Positions 44,445-64,000 of a DNA stretch of 64,000 nucleotides are shown here, in pieces. Positions within the stretch are counted from its first letter, which is position 1. Each line of letters begins with the position of its first letter. The stretch is taken from NCBI RefSeq assembly GCF_009914755.1, contig NC_060931.1. One strand, 5' to 3'. The notes beneath the pieces were generated by a model, which worked only from the letters and a program-made list of their open reading frames with translations, did no database searches and had not been told where the DNA came from. The DNA is from the human T2T-CHM13v2.0 reference genome, Homo sapiens. Position numbers and translations under genes: made by a program.

Positions 44445-44988
44445 TTTGGGGAGCTAAACATTGATTACACATGGACATAAAGATGGGATGATAGACACCA
44501 GGGACTACTAGAGGGGGAAAGAGAGGGACGGGGACAAGGGCTGGGAAGCTACCTGTTGGTAACTGTGCTCACTCCCCGGGTAATGGGATCATTCACACCC
44601 CAAACCTCCGCGTCCTGCAGTATATTCTTGTAACAAACGTGCATAGGTACCCCCTAACTCTAAAATAAAAGTTGAATTTTTTTTTTTTTTTTGAGATGGA
44701 GTTTCGCTCACGCTGGAGCGCAGTGTTGCCCAGGCTGGAGTGCAATGGTGCGATCTCAGCTCACCACAAACCTCCACCTCCCGGGTTCAAGCGATTCTCC
44801 TGCCTCAGCTTCCCGGGTAGCTGGGATTACAGGCCTGCACCACCACGTCTGGCTAATTTTGTATTTTTAGTAGAGATGGGGTTTCTCCATGTCGGTCGGG
44901 CGGGTCTCGAACTCCCGACCTCAGGTGATCCGCCTGCCTCAGCCTCCCAAAGTGCTGGGATTACAGGTATGAGCCACTGCGCTCAGCC
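44445..44988. mobile_element. Old L1PA/L1PB 3' end (+, 44445-44672) followed by an antisense AluSp (44677-44988)
   Basis: L1 3'UTR ending TAAAATAAAAGTT; AluSp diagnostics (TTTCTCCATG, CTCCCGACCTCAGG). Confidence 0.8.
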
Positions 44989-45972
44989 TGAAATTTTTTT
45001 TTAAGTCACACTGATTTCTATCTTTAAATATTTCTGACATCGGGATACACACTGATAGCATGATGCAGTTTAATTGGGGGTATGTTTTTCTTGGTAGTGT
45101 ATAGAAGAATATCACGGGGTCATCTGATTTCAAGTACAGAAATGGACTAAAACTAGCTTAGTAGGCAAAACAAAAAGAAACAAAAACAAGTTTATGAAAG
45201 GATAGGCGTGTCTGACAGAATAGAAAGGTCAGAAACACCCAGATAGCAGGTATCACCACCACAGGAGTTGCTTGTCTTTCTCCAGGAGCTGGGTGCACTC
45301 CCTTCTTCCTGTCTCCTTCATTCCTGGCTCTGCAGACTGGCTTTCTCCATTTCTCACACATGGTTTCCTAGCTTAAGCGTCAAGAAAGTTTGATCATAAT
45401 TACCAGTTTTCAGGAGAGGAAAGTCTGATTGGCCTGGGTCATGTTTCCACCTGATAACCTCAGTCTGAGGAGGGCTTGGAGGCTTGGTTCAGATGGAACA
45501 GTCTAGGTGCACCTGAGGGCTGGGGTAGATTCTTCAAGAAGCGGGGAGTGGTCGTTGACTGAATGCCTGAGTTCCTGTGGGACAGGCACAGGAAGGAGTC
45601 TAGGCTAGAGATGCAGATTTGGGGGTTATCAACAGAATGGTGGCTTCGAACACAGGTCCTTAAGAGGACTTGGAGTTTGGGACAGGGTGGGACTCGTGAG
45701 GTACTGCAACATTTAATATGTGTGGGAGTTGGGGATACTTACAAAAGAGTCACACCTCCGGGAGTGGAGGAGAGTGGTGTCCAGGGAGTGAATCTCAGGG
45801 AGGGAGGAGTGACAGGCAATGCCAAGTGCTGCACAGACACAGTGAGTCCACTGACTGCGGAGCTGGGAAGAATTGGGTGATTTGAGCATATTCTGTAGGG
45901 TAGTCAGAGTTGGAAGTCAAGAGCATAGCACATTGGAGAGTGAATGGGAAGTCACAAACAGGGCCGAACACA

Positions 45973-46125
45973 GGCCGGATGCTGTGGCGCACGCCTACAA
46001 TCTGCCACACCGAAGACTGAGGCGGGAGGATCGCTGGATCCCGGGAGTTCAAGGCTGCAGTGAGCTGTGATCATGCCATAGCACTCCAGCCTAGGCGACA
46101 CAGCATGACCCCATCTCTTAAAAAA
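45973..46125 (+). mobile_element. Alu monomer (FRAM-like) in an L2-like region
   Basis: Single Alu arm with A-tail. Confidence 0.7.
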
Positions 46126-46509
46126 TAAGGCAGGGGCAAGGCAACAGTGTAGACCTTTTTTGAAAAGCACCGGAAGATTGGATGATAGAGGGAAATTCGG
46201 TGTCTCGGAAATAGTTTTGTCTGTTTTGGGAGACGGGGGAAACTTAAGTTTATAGACTGGGAAGGACGGGGGTTAAAAATGTGGGGAAGACAGGAGTGGC
46301 ATAACTTTCAGAGTCTTCGAGAATACCCGAGAGGGGAGAACTGAGTGGGAGCAGGCAATGGGAAATATTTTGAGACTTAAAGAAGCTAGGGATGAATATG
46401 GATATAGAAAAGTTTGTAGACCGGAGGAACTGAAATTTTTTAAGTTTTTGTAGATCTGACAATAGTGGGAGTAGAATTAAGATCACTTTAATGTTTGTCC
46501 AGTGCTTTT

Positions 46510-50224
<3,715 letters not shown>

Positions 50225-50295
50225 TCAATTACTCTAGTTTTAATTCCTCCCCTATGATAGGTCTAGACTGTTAAGATGGTAAGAACTTGATTGCT

Positions 50296-50388
50296 TAGTT
50301 TTGTAAAACTGCCCTCTATTATATAATTGAAGGGATTACCTAGTTTTGTAAAACTGCCCTCTATTATATAATTGAAGGGATTACCTAG
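50296..50388. repeat. Perfect 45-bp tandem duplication
   Basis: 50296-50340 is identical to 50341-50385, followed by TAG. Confidence 0.95.
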
Positions 50389-50554
50389 AATATTTTAACT
50401 TAAAATGTTTTGTGCTATTTTGTTTTAAAAAGCAGAGGTGTAATGGATGTGATAGTATAATGCTCCATATACATTGTAGTGGAACATAAAAACTTTTTCT
50501 TACAGATCTGGCATCAAATAAAGTCAAAATATTTTCTAAGATCAAATTAGTTCT

Positions 50555-52278
<1,724 letters not shown>

Positions 52279-54001
52279 TTATTCTAGTGAACTAATATGC
52301 ATAAGAGAAGATGCATGGGAAAGGTGATTTATGGCATTACTTATAATACTGAAAAATACTGAAACAGCCTACATGTCTAAATACAGGACATTTGTTAAAT
52401 AACCGTTAATATAACAATGCAGTGAAATACTGTGCAGCCATTTAAAATGGTCATGATGCGTATTAATGTCTGTCATTAATTTATTAACATACTTGTATTT
52501 ATGAACATGATTTATTGTTAATGGAAATAAGTAGATTACAAAACAGGATTGCAGTCTGCATTTAAATTATGTTTATCTGAACAGTAAAGATAGCTAGTTT
52601 CCCAGTTTCTTAATTTCCATTGAATAAAAGAAAGATACTAGTTGCTTATTGCTGTGTAATAGAGCTTAAAGCAATACGTTTTTGTTACCTTGGTCAGTTC
52701 TGTGGGGCAGGCATCTGGATCTACTTCTGCGCTGGCCTGTTCACAAGCCTGGAAGTTAGTGCTGGCCGTTGGCAGGAGAGTCAGTTCTCGGCCGCTTGCG
52801 GGGCTTCTTAGGGATACCGTGTCCTCATGGCAGCTGGCCTCCCGCTAAGCTGCTGAGCAGACAGAGCAGGGAGGAAGGGCAAAGCCTGTGGTGACTTTGG
52901 TCATGGTGTATTTGTCCAGCCCACTCTCGGGGTGAGGGGAGTCGGGCTCCACCCCCTAAAGGGCAGCAGTAGCAAAGCGTCTGTGGACATAATCCTGAAG
53001 CCACCGTAGAAGGGAGCTTCAGGTTTAGCTTAGTCGTAAACGCTGGCGCTGCAAAACAAATACGCTGTGTTTTCTGCCTCAGCCTATTAGGAGTTAAAAA
53101 TTGTGGTTTTCCTTCTTACCTCTTACCTTCTGTATCAGTAGTTATTGGCTACATAAATAACAACACAGTGAGTTAAAAAGCAAGCATTGTCAACATACAT
53201 TTTGGTGAATGTGAGTTCACTCGGAGAAGATTGTATAGCTCTTTGGAAATGTAACAAAGAAATTGGCAAACTAGGAGCAGCTTAAAAAACAAGTAAATAG
53301 AGACCTGACTTAAAATGCTATTTTTCTAGATGTGCCCTCCTGATCATGTGCTGGCTTTTCTTGTGAACTGTTACCTTCTCCCGTATGCTGCTTGGAAATG
53401 CTTAGGTTCCTGCATTATCCTGCCGGAAATACTATCTATTAAGCCGTTTAAGTGTCTTCCTCAAAAAAGCCCAGTAGAACCATAAGGAGTAATTTTTTGT
53501 AACAATGCAAATTCACTGATTTAGATCATTTAGCTTTTTAATCCATTTGCCCTTGGAGAGAAGAGGGGGCTATGCAATTGGACCAAGAGGAGTCAATGAT
53601 TTTGAAGTCAGTCAGCCCTTGGTTTGTCACCATGACAACCGTGGAGCAGGAGGTAGCCACATCATGACAGGGAGGAGAGGTGAGTGAAGTGAGAAGCAGG
53701 GGAGCATCACAGTAAAGTGGCCGTCATCTGAGAACTCTTCTGCACAGCCTCGTACCCAGAAGTTTGTTCCCCTTCTGTTCTAGTACCATGTGTGTATCCT
53801 ATTTCCAGAACCCCAAGCAAGCATCAGTTTTTGTGTGCTGGACTGGGTAGGATTCTTAGGACTATTTACATATTAACATTACTGTCACCAGTTAGAGGGA
53901 CAGCATGGGCAAAGCTGTCCAACCATGGAGACGTGGTGTTCAGCTACAGGTTGTGGCCAGAATGGGGGTGGGCAAAGGGTGTAGGGAAAGTGGAAGAGAA
54001 G

Positions 54002-54090
54002 GCTGGGAGGAAGGTAGTCAGGGACAGAGCTGGGAGGAAGGTAGTCAGGGAGAGAGCTGGGGGAAAGGTAATTAGGGACAGAGCTGGGGA
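54002..54090. repeat. 27-bp tandem repeat x3 (GCTGGGAGGAAGGTAGTCAGGGACAGA)
   Basis: Units start at 54002, 54029 and 54056. Confidence 0.9.
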
Positions 54091-54736
54091 GCATTGTAGG
54101 CCACACTAAGGCATATTCAGGGAGGACTGGAAAGCCGCTAAAGAGTTTTAAGCACATTAATGAGACTTAGGTTTTAGAGATGCGTGGGGGGCAGTTTGGG
54201 TGTTTGAATCTAGGGAGGCAAAGCCTGAAGCCAGGGAAATCAAGGGAGAAGCACCCACACTTGTGCCTGAAGAGCAATGAGGGCCTAAAACCTGCAGTGG
54301 GCATTTTCTTTTAAGGATGTTTGTGTTTCTCTCCTTGTTTGTCACATGCAGATCCTTGCGCTCCTCACTATTTGTTCTCCTGCAGGGCACTTTTCGTTTA
54401 TGAGCTCATTGATCTCGACTTCTGATATGTGAGGCAGAGGTGTTAGTGTCCTGTGGAGGAAGAAATCAAGGCCTGGAGTCCAAATAATTTAGCAAAACCC
54501 CCAACACTGCCCTGTGGTTTGTTTATCCGGATGCTGTACGGCCTCTCCCTCGTGTCTGGGCAGGTTGTCTTGCCGGCACATCTTGCTTCTGTCTCCTGCT
54601 TTACTTGTGCATTCCTGTAACTGCTTGGGAAGTTGAGGACCACATCCTGCAGGCACTGAGAAGGTGGTTCCAACAGTCCTACATCTTTTGGAACTAATTT
54701 TTCTTACAGTGCAGCTTTAACGTTGTTTAATTTTTT

Positions 54737-56149
<1,413 letters not shown>

Positions 56150-56574
56150 GATAAAAGGTCAGACCTTCTAAAGAGTATCCATGAAATCATCTTCTCACTG
56201 AATCCCCTAACTTCCCACCATTATTTTCTCAGTATCCTCTCAGAACAAGTCTAAACATAAACATGTCCTCCCCTCTCATTTTCAGTTAAAATGAGAGATC
56301 ATATTGCTTTTTCACCTCAACAAAATATCTTAGTGATTCCATATCGGCATCTTTATATTTGTTATTTTTCATGGTATATAATACTCCATAGCATAGTTTG
56401 ATACTTAATATAACCACTTTCCTATCAATGGATACATATAAATTGTCTTTAGAGTTTTGCTATTAAAATAGTGCCTTATTTACCACACAATTCTGAGGTA
56501 AGAAAAGAAAGTCTCTTGGCGTATATTGTGATATTTAAATGATTGCGTTTTGCATTGGATACTTCATTTTTTCT

Positions 56575-56636
56575 CTAGTCAAGTGAAGCAGAAGGAGTGG
56601 AGAAGGAACAAAGAAATCTATAACTGGTTGTAGTCA
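56575..56636 (-). pseudogene. 5'-truncated Y3 RNA (RNY3) retro-pseudogene
   Basis: Minus strand reads TGACTACAACCAGTTATAGATTTCTTTGTTCCTTCTCCACTCCTTCTGCTTCACTTGACTAG, closely matching the recalled 3' part of hY3. Near-TSD ACTTCATTTTT/ACTTTATTTTT. Confidence 0.85.
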
Positions 56637-58048
56637 GACTTTATTTTTAAAAATGAGCTCTTGTGATTGTAAAATAATATTTATAATTGGAAATGTAGGC
56701 TATACTGAAATGTATTTAATAATTACCTATTGGAACCCTACCCATCCCTTAGAAATGAAATGCTGTTAATGCATAGTCAGTTTTTTTCCCCATCTTTGTG
56801 ATGGTAAATGGTCAAATATTTTCCTAGCATTTTAAAAACTTTCTTTTGAACTTGCATCATCTTGTGCATTATGTTTTATAAATATGATTTTTAGTGGCTG
56901 ATGATGATGCACCTGTAAGTATGTTTTGCATTTGTGAAATTGGCGGTTCTCATATTTTCATAGAGATTCTTATTTCATGTAGGTCTGCAAAAAAGAATCC
57001 CACCCCCTCCACACGCACACACACACATTGTAGCTTATGCATTACTCACAAATGTTAACTTTTAACATTTTCCTTTACTCAAAGGCAATGTTCTTTGAAG
57101 TGTATAAAATGGCTAGCATTATGTTAGTGCCTGAGAGCCAGAAAATACTGAACTGAAACAGATGTGAAGCTGATAATTCTGTGTAAATGGAGTAAATTGT
57201 TAATGGAAGATAAGCCAAATAGGTGAAACAAAAACCTCACAGTTTTTTGGGGTTTTTTTTAAATCAAGATATTTACAAACATGCTAACAATCGTTCTGTA
57301 AATGGTTAGCAGTTAATTTGGGCATGTGGTCTTTTGGAAGTTACTTAAATTTACTTTGACATTCACTCTAGTTTTTTAACATAAAAATTTTATTCTGAGG
57401 GTTTAATGAAATCTGATTTAAACTGTGTACGCTTTACTATTTCAAATAAAGAATAAACTTTGTTACCACTAAATTTATTTAGTGAAGAAAGCATTTTCCC
57501 CCCATTTGAAATCATCTTGGTAAGACAAAACGAAAAGAAAATCACCTTGGTAAATGGCATTTGTAAGATTTGGTCATATTTAATGTTCAGAGAAGATAAC
57601 GATAGTACCTAAAGCTCCACAGGCACCCAGAGCAGTTGGCTGTGCTCACTGTGGATTTCACATTGGTGGGTAGTTACAGCAGGGAGCGTGCACGCTGTCA
57701 GGACGATGGCCTCGGTCGTTTCAGAGACCCTTTGGGTGTTTGATGGACCTTGTCTGTAACTGCTACTAGGCATCCTTACGGGTTCTACATCTGCATAATT
57801 TGAAAGATAAGGATGTTTTCAACTATGAGTACAATAAATTGAAACCAAAAACTTGTTAATCAATAGGAAGTTCAGTCCTTTTTCAAAATCAAACTGCTTT
57901 CTCCTGGTACCTTATTTGCCCCTTTCCTCCCAGCCACTCAGTGGTGAACTTGTTCCTCATTATATTGAGCTGTTTTTAGAACTTGTTCTCATATTGCTTT
58001 GTTACTACTTTGTTTAAAAGTGAGAAAATATTATAAGTACATGGGTGA

Positions 58049-58425
<377 letters not shown>

Positions 58426-59489
58426 CCCAATTCTTTAATCCTTACATTCACACTCTATTTTGGGATTTTTACACATCCTGTCAGAGCTGTTCTCTACATA
58501 CATAATCATATAGGTGTGTAAATTCCCTTCTTTTTAAAAAAAAAAAAAAAAACACAAGCTAGAGCATATTAAACAGATTGCTGTACTTCTCCTGTCCCCC
58601 TTAATAATACTCTCGGAGACAGTTCCTGATCAGTAGATAGATCTACCACATTCCTTTAAAGAGCTATATGATATTCCATGTAGTGAATGCCCTATAATTT
58701 TCAGCAGCCAAAAAAATAAAGCTGACTCCAGTGAGTTATTAATGTGGTCCTTATTATATGTGAAGACAGCCTTATTTATAGTTAATGTCTTCAGTTATAA
58801 GAGTCTTCATCATTAGACTTTTTAAATTACCCTTTTAAAAACTCATGTCCGGCCCAGGCGGTAGGAGGAAAAAATAAAGGTGTAGGCATGATCCTAATTC
58901 ACAATTATGAATATCAGCATGTGGCTCACACTAGTAAGTGTCAGCTTCTGAAAGTGAAATTTCAGCATACTATTAAAAATAAACCTGCAACAATGAATTA
59001 AAAAATTCAATATACAGAAATCCATGCTAGTGATGTGGACGGTAATAGTCCATGCTGTGCATATAATCCTAAGCTGCAGCTACTGAATTCTTAAGCGAGA
59101 AATTTGACTACATTAAGAATTAAAACTTTGTACACATAAAAATATCATAACCAAGGTTAAAGAGTAACAAAGGGAATATTTGTAGCATCATGAAAATGAT
59201 TATTTGTAGAACAAGATGAAAAGATAATCAAATGAAAAAATTAAATGATTCAAACTGTGGAAACATAAAAAGTTAGACGCTGCACTGTGCAGGTGAAGAC
59301 AAGGGACAGCAGTCACTTTTCATACATTGACATGATCTCCTTGGAGGGCAATTTGGAAATATTCATTAAAATTCAAATGCACATAGCCTTTGACCTACAA
59401 AGAAATTTAACCTGCAGACATTACTGACACATTTGCAAGGATATCCACTGCAGTTTTATTTGAATTAGCCAAAAACTGAAAACAACCTA

Positions 59490-60013
<524 letters not shown>

Positions 60014-61407
60014 CTAGAGTCAGCTTTAACTTGGAGGCTGCGAAGAAAATTCAAAGGAAACACAAATATAATGAAGCCTTTTGAAAACCAGTTTTTCATG
60101 GACTGGCCGAGAGAGGGAACCTATTCTATTACATGCCAAATTCCAGTGTGAAACCATGCACTCATACTTTATTTTGAAACCGTAAGCCATAGCACCCAAA
60201 ACCTGTTAAACTTTTGGGAACAAACAGGTTGAAAGTAGATGCACAGAGTGGCAGGACCGGTGTAGAGAACACTGCATCTGTGCGTTGTATTTAATCACAA
60301 AGGCTAGAGCTGCTAATTGGCCAAGTGGGAAGCTGCTGCCAAAGCTGTGATTAAAAGTGATGATTAGTCACAAAGCAAATAAAATAATGGACAAGATTCC
60401 TTTGTCTAATGATTTAGCTCATTGTCCATTTTTAGATAGGGACAAATACATTGAGCAGCTGTTATTTTCCTGGGGAAGACAAACTTGGTTCTGTTCACTA
60501 GAGACTGATGAGCCCACTGATACTCTGAACTCAGCTAATCCTTTGCTTTGTCAGGCATGAGCTGAATAGACAAGCCCATGGGGACGTTTTTTTTCTAGCT
60601 CGTCAATTAGAAGAAATGCTTTAAAATCTATTGTTGATTTTATGACAAATGACAACATAGACTCCAAGTGTGTTGAATGGTAAAAGCAGAGATGGTGTCT
60701 TGGGTTAATATGAGAATTTGGTCCATTGTGCTCCAGCACCAGAAACTACCAGAACTAAAGTCTGCTCCCTTTTTGTATTGAAAACACAGTCCTACTAGTC
60801 TCATGTATGCGGGGATATTAAGTCCGTTATCAATAGAGTGTGAAATAATCACTCCTGTGAAAGGCGGAGACTTAATTCTCTAGCCTTGTGAAGTCATGGG
60901 CGGTAACTACCAGCACCCACTTCTCCTTCATCCTGAAAGCTTGTAGGTAGGAAAGTCTCTCTCTCCTTGACTGTTATCTCAAGAAGAGTGTCACATCTTT
61001 GTGGAGTCAAACTTTCACCATGGCATACACACCATGATTGTGGAGGAAAGAATTGTGGAAAACTTGAAAAAAGTATTTTGAATATGGCATTTACAAAGTT
61101 AGGAGTATTTGACACAGCAGGCATGTGGGGAAAAAAAGAAAAGATTAAAAAAAAAAAACAGAATTAGGATTAAAGGTCTCCATGAATGTTTTCCTAAACC
61201 AGTTGGTGGCGGTGAATGGATAAAGACAGTCTCCCCCTACCCTGTTTTATTAATATGTGAATATTACCAAGTAAAAGGACACATTCAAAAGATCAGACTG
61301 TGGATGGTTTCTTGAAGCAAAAGTTTGTTAAAGCAAAATGGCATTTTGGTTAGGAATTCCTTTTCAGAATCCAGTTGTATCAGAGAACGTGATTAAATAC
61401 CATTTGC

Positions 61408-62206
<799 letters not shown>

Positions 62207-63276
62207 TAACTTTAAAAATACAGTTTTCATTGTATTTAATTTGGGGGGATGCCTTCTGTTTGTGACCAGTGATGCTGTTTTTCTGTTTAGTGATGAAAGA
62301 TTTCCCCTTAAGATAAATATATTTAGGTTAAAAAGAGTCTTTTTGGCAAGACTAACACAATAGTTGATTGTATCATTTGTATGGTACCAAGTAGTAGTTC
62401 ATTATGCCGTTATGTTTTATTACTGAGCCAGTTGATGTCTTAGTTGGTGTCTGCAAAATTTCTCCCCTTTAAATTTTCTGTCTTTCCCTTGTTAATTGAT
62501 CTATATCTTGAGAGATACTTTGAGACTAGGCAAATCCTGTTTCTCCTCAAACTTTTGCCCACTAATTTTAGCATACATTAGTAGATCTTGTCTGCAGTGT
62601 TTTTCTGTTTTCTGCTTTTCTCTTTCCTTCTACATTTTTAAACTGGATTCTGTGAGGAAAAGAGTTTTCTTTTCCTTGTTTATTGATTTGGTTATTTATG
62701 TAAGTATTGAGTCCATGATGCGTGTTTGTGCGTATAATCCTATGGATTAAAATCTAATGCTATCCTTATTTCGTAACCTTACTGTAATCATGAGAGTATT
62801 GGAAAAACCCAAATTGAGGGACAGCATCCAGGACATGAAAGATGAAGATAAGAACTCTATAAGATTGGAGGAAGATTAAGAAGAAATAGTACCTAAATAT
62901 AATGTGGGGTCCTGGATAGGATTCTAGAACAGATAAACAGCATCAGTGGGAAAATTGGTGGATTTCTAATTAAGTTTGTAGATTAGTTAATGTTATTGTA
63001 TCAGTGTTAATTTCCTGTGGATAATTGTATCTGCTTAATGTAGAAGTGAGTAAGACATATGGGATAAGGGAAATTGTACCATTTTTGTAGCTTTTCTTTG
63101 TCTAAAATTAGTTTCTAAAAGTTTAAAAAATTAAAGAATATTAAGTAAACAATCATGAATCATTTTAATTAAGTTTAAAACAATATTTTTTCTGCTGTTG
63201 GACATGTGATGAAGGTTTTTTATGTGAAATTTTCTTTGATAGAAAGTATCTGGAGGATTAATTTCTTTGATTTTAC

Positions 63277-63903
63277 TTTTTTTTTTTTTTTGAGACAGGG
63301 TCTCGCTTTGTGACTCCAGCAAGAGTGCAGTGGCACAATCTCGGCTCACTGCAGCCTCAGCCTCCCCAGTTCAAGTGATCTTTCTGCCTCAACCCCCAAG
63401 TAGCTGGGACTGCAGGCATGCACCACCATGCCTTGCTAATTTGTTTTGTATTTTTTGTGGAGATAGGGTTTCACCATGTAGCCCAGGCTGGTCTCATACT
63501 CCTGAGCTCAAGTGATCTGCCCTCCATGGCCTTCCAAAGTGCTCGGATTATAGCCATGAGCCATTGCGCCAAGTCTGGCTTTACATTTTGGCAATTAGAA
63601 ACTTGATTCTAGGCCAAGCATGGTGTCTCATGTCTGTAATCCCAGCAGTTCGGGAGGCCAAGGCGGGCAGATCACTTGAGGCCAGGAGTTCGAGACCAGC
63701 CTGGCCAATGTGGCGAAAACCCGTCTCTACTAAAAATACAAGTTAGCCAGGTGTGATGGTATGCACCCGTAGTCCCAGTTACTCGGTAGGCTGTGGCACG
63801 AGAATTGCTTGAAACCGGGAGGCAGAGGTTGCAGTGAGCCAAGATCGCCACTACACTCCAGCCCTGGGTGACAGAGCACGACTCTGTCTCAATTTAGAAA
63901 AAA
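63277..63903. mobile_element. Head-to-head Alus: 63277-63579 (-) and 63612-63903 (+)
   Basis: Alu consensus; gap of about 30 bp. Confidence 0.88.
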
Positions 63904-64000
63904 AGGATAGAAACTTTGATTCTGAATATTGTTAGTTCATGTATCAGTGTATAATTTTAAGTTGGCTTAACTACTCTCTGACACTGTTCTGATAAAGTAT

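Noticed and set aside
53680-53696. Strong isolated donor GAG|gtgagt (similar ones near 20751 and 51294)
   Set aside because: I found no convincing paired acceptor or exon; such motifs are common by chance.

Overview
Primate genomic DNA, almost certainly human or great ape, dense in Alu, L1 and LTR elements. The only protein-coding sequence I can support is the first coding exon of UBE3C, a HECT E3 ligase (MFSFEGDFKTRPKVSLGGASRK, 41083-41148, + strand, donor AAG|gtgagg). It lies in a CpG island at about 40.2-41.5 kb. Everything to its right is intron 1; I did not find exon 2 in the window. The 40 kb to its left is intergenic. It holds a 5'-truncated, disrupted L1PA, solo LTRs (MER49, MER4 with nested THE1A and Alu, LTR8, MER54-like, LTR27/28-like, THE1C, MER39, MLT1/MLT2), Tigger/MER DNA-transposon relics and many Alus (about 55 across the whole window). 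Nearly all ORFs in the supplied track are Alu, L1 or GC-rich artefacts. The most notable structure is the UBE3C promoter and leader. It has a perfect 18-bp x 8.4 tandem array bracketed by oppositely oriented YY1 and half-CRE motifs, and the array also forms a small ORF, MAEA(RTSAGP)8RTH. The leader carries in-frame uORFs ending 9 nt before the start codon and a canonical G-quadruplex, and intron 1 has a G-run minisatellite and a candidate poison exon. Other items of interest: an apparent Alu-L1 fusion within one candidate TSD, a Y3 RNA retro-pseudogene, a perfect 45-bp tandem duplication, a poly-G Alu linker and a homeodomain/SOX motif cluster at about 60.3 kb. Repeat family names come from recalled consensus sequences, not a database search, and boundaries are approximate unless a TSD is given. 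I see no evidence of a wholly new gene system; the regulatory ideas below are hypotheses.
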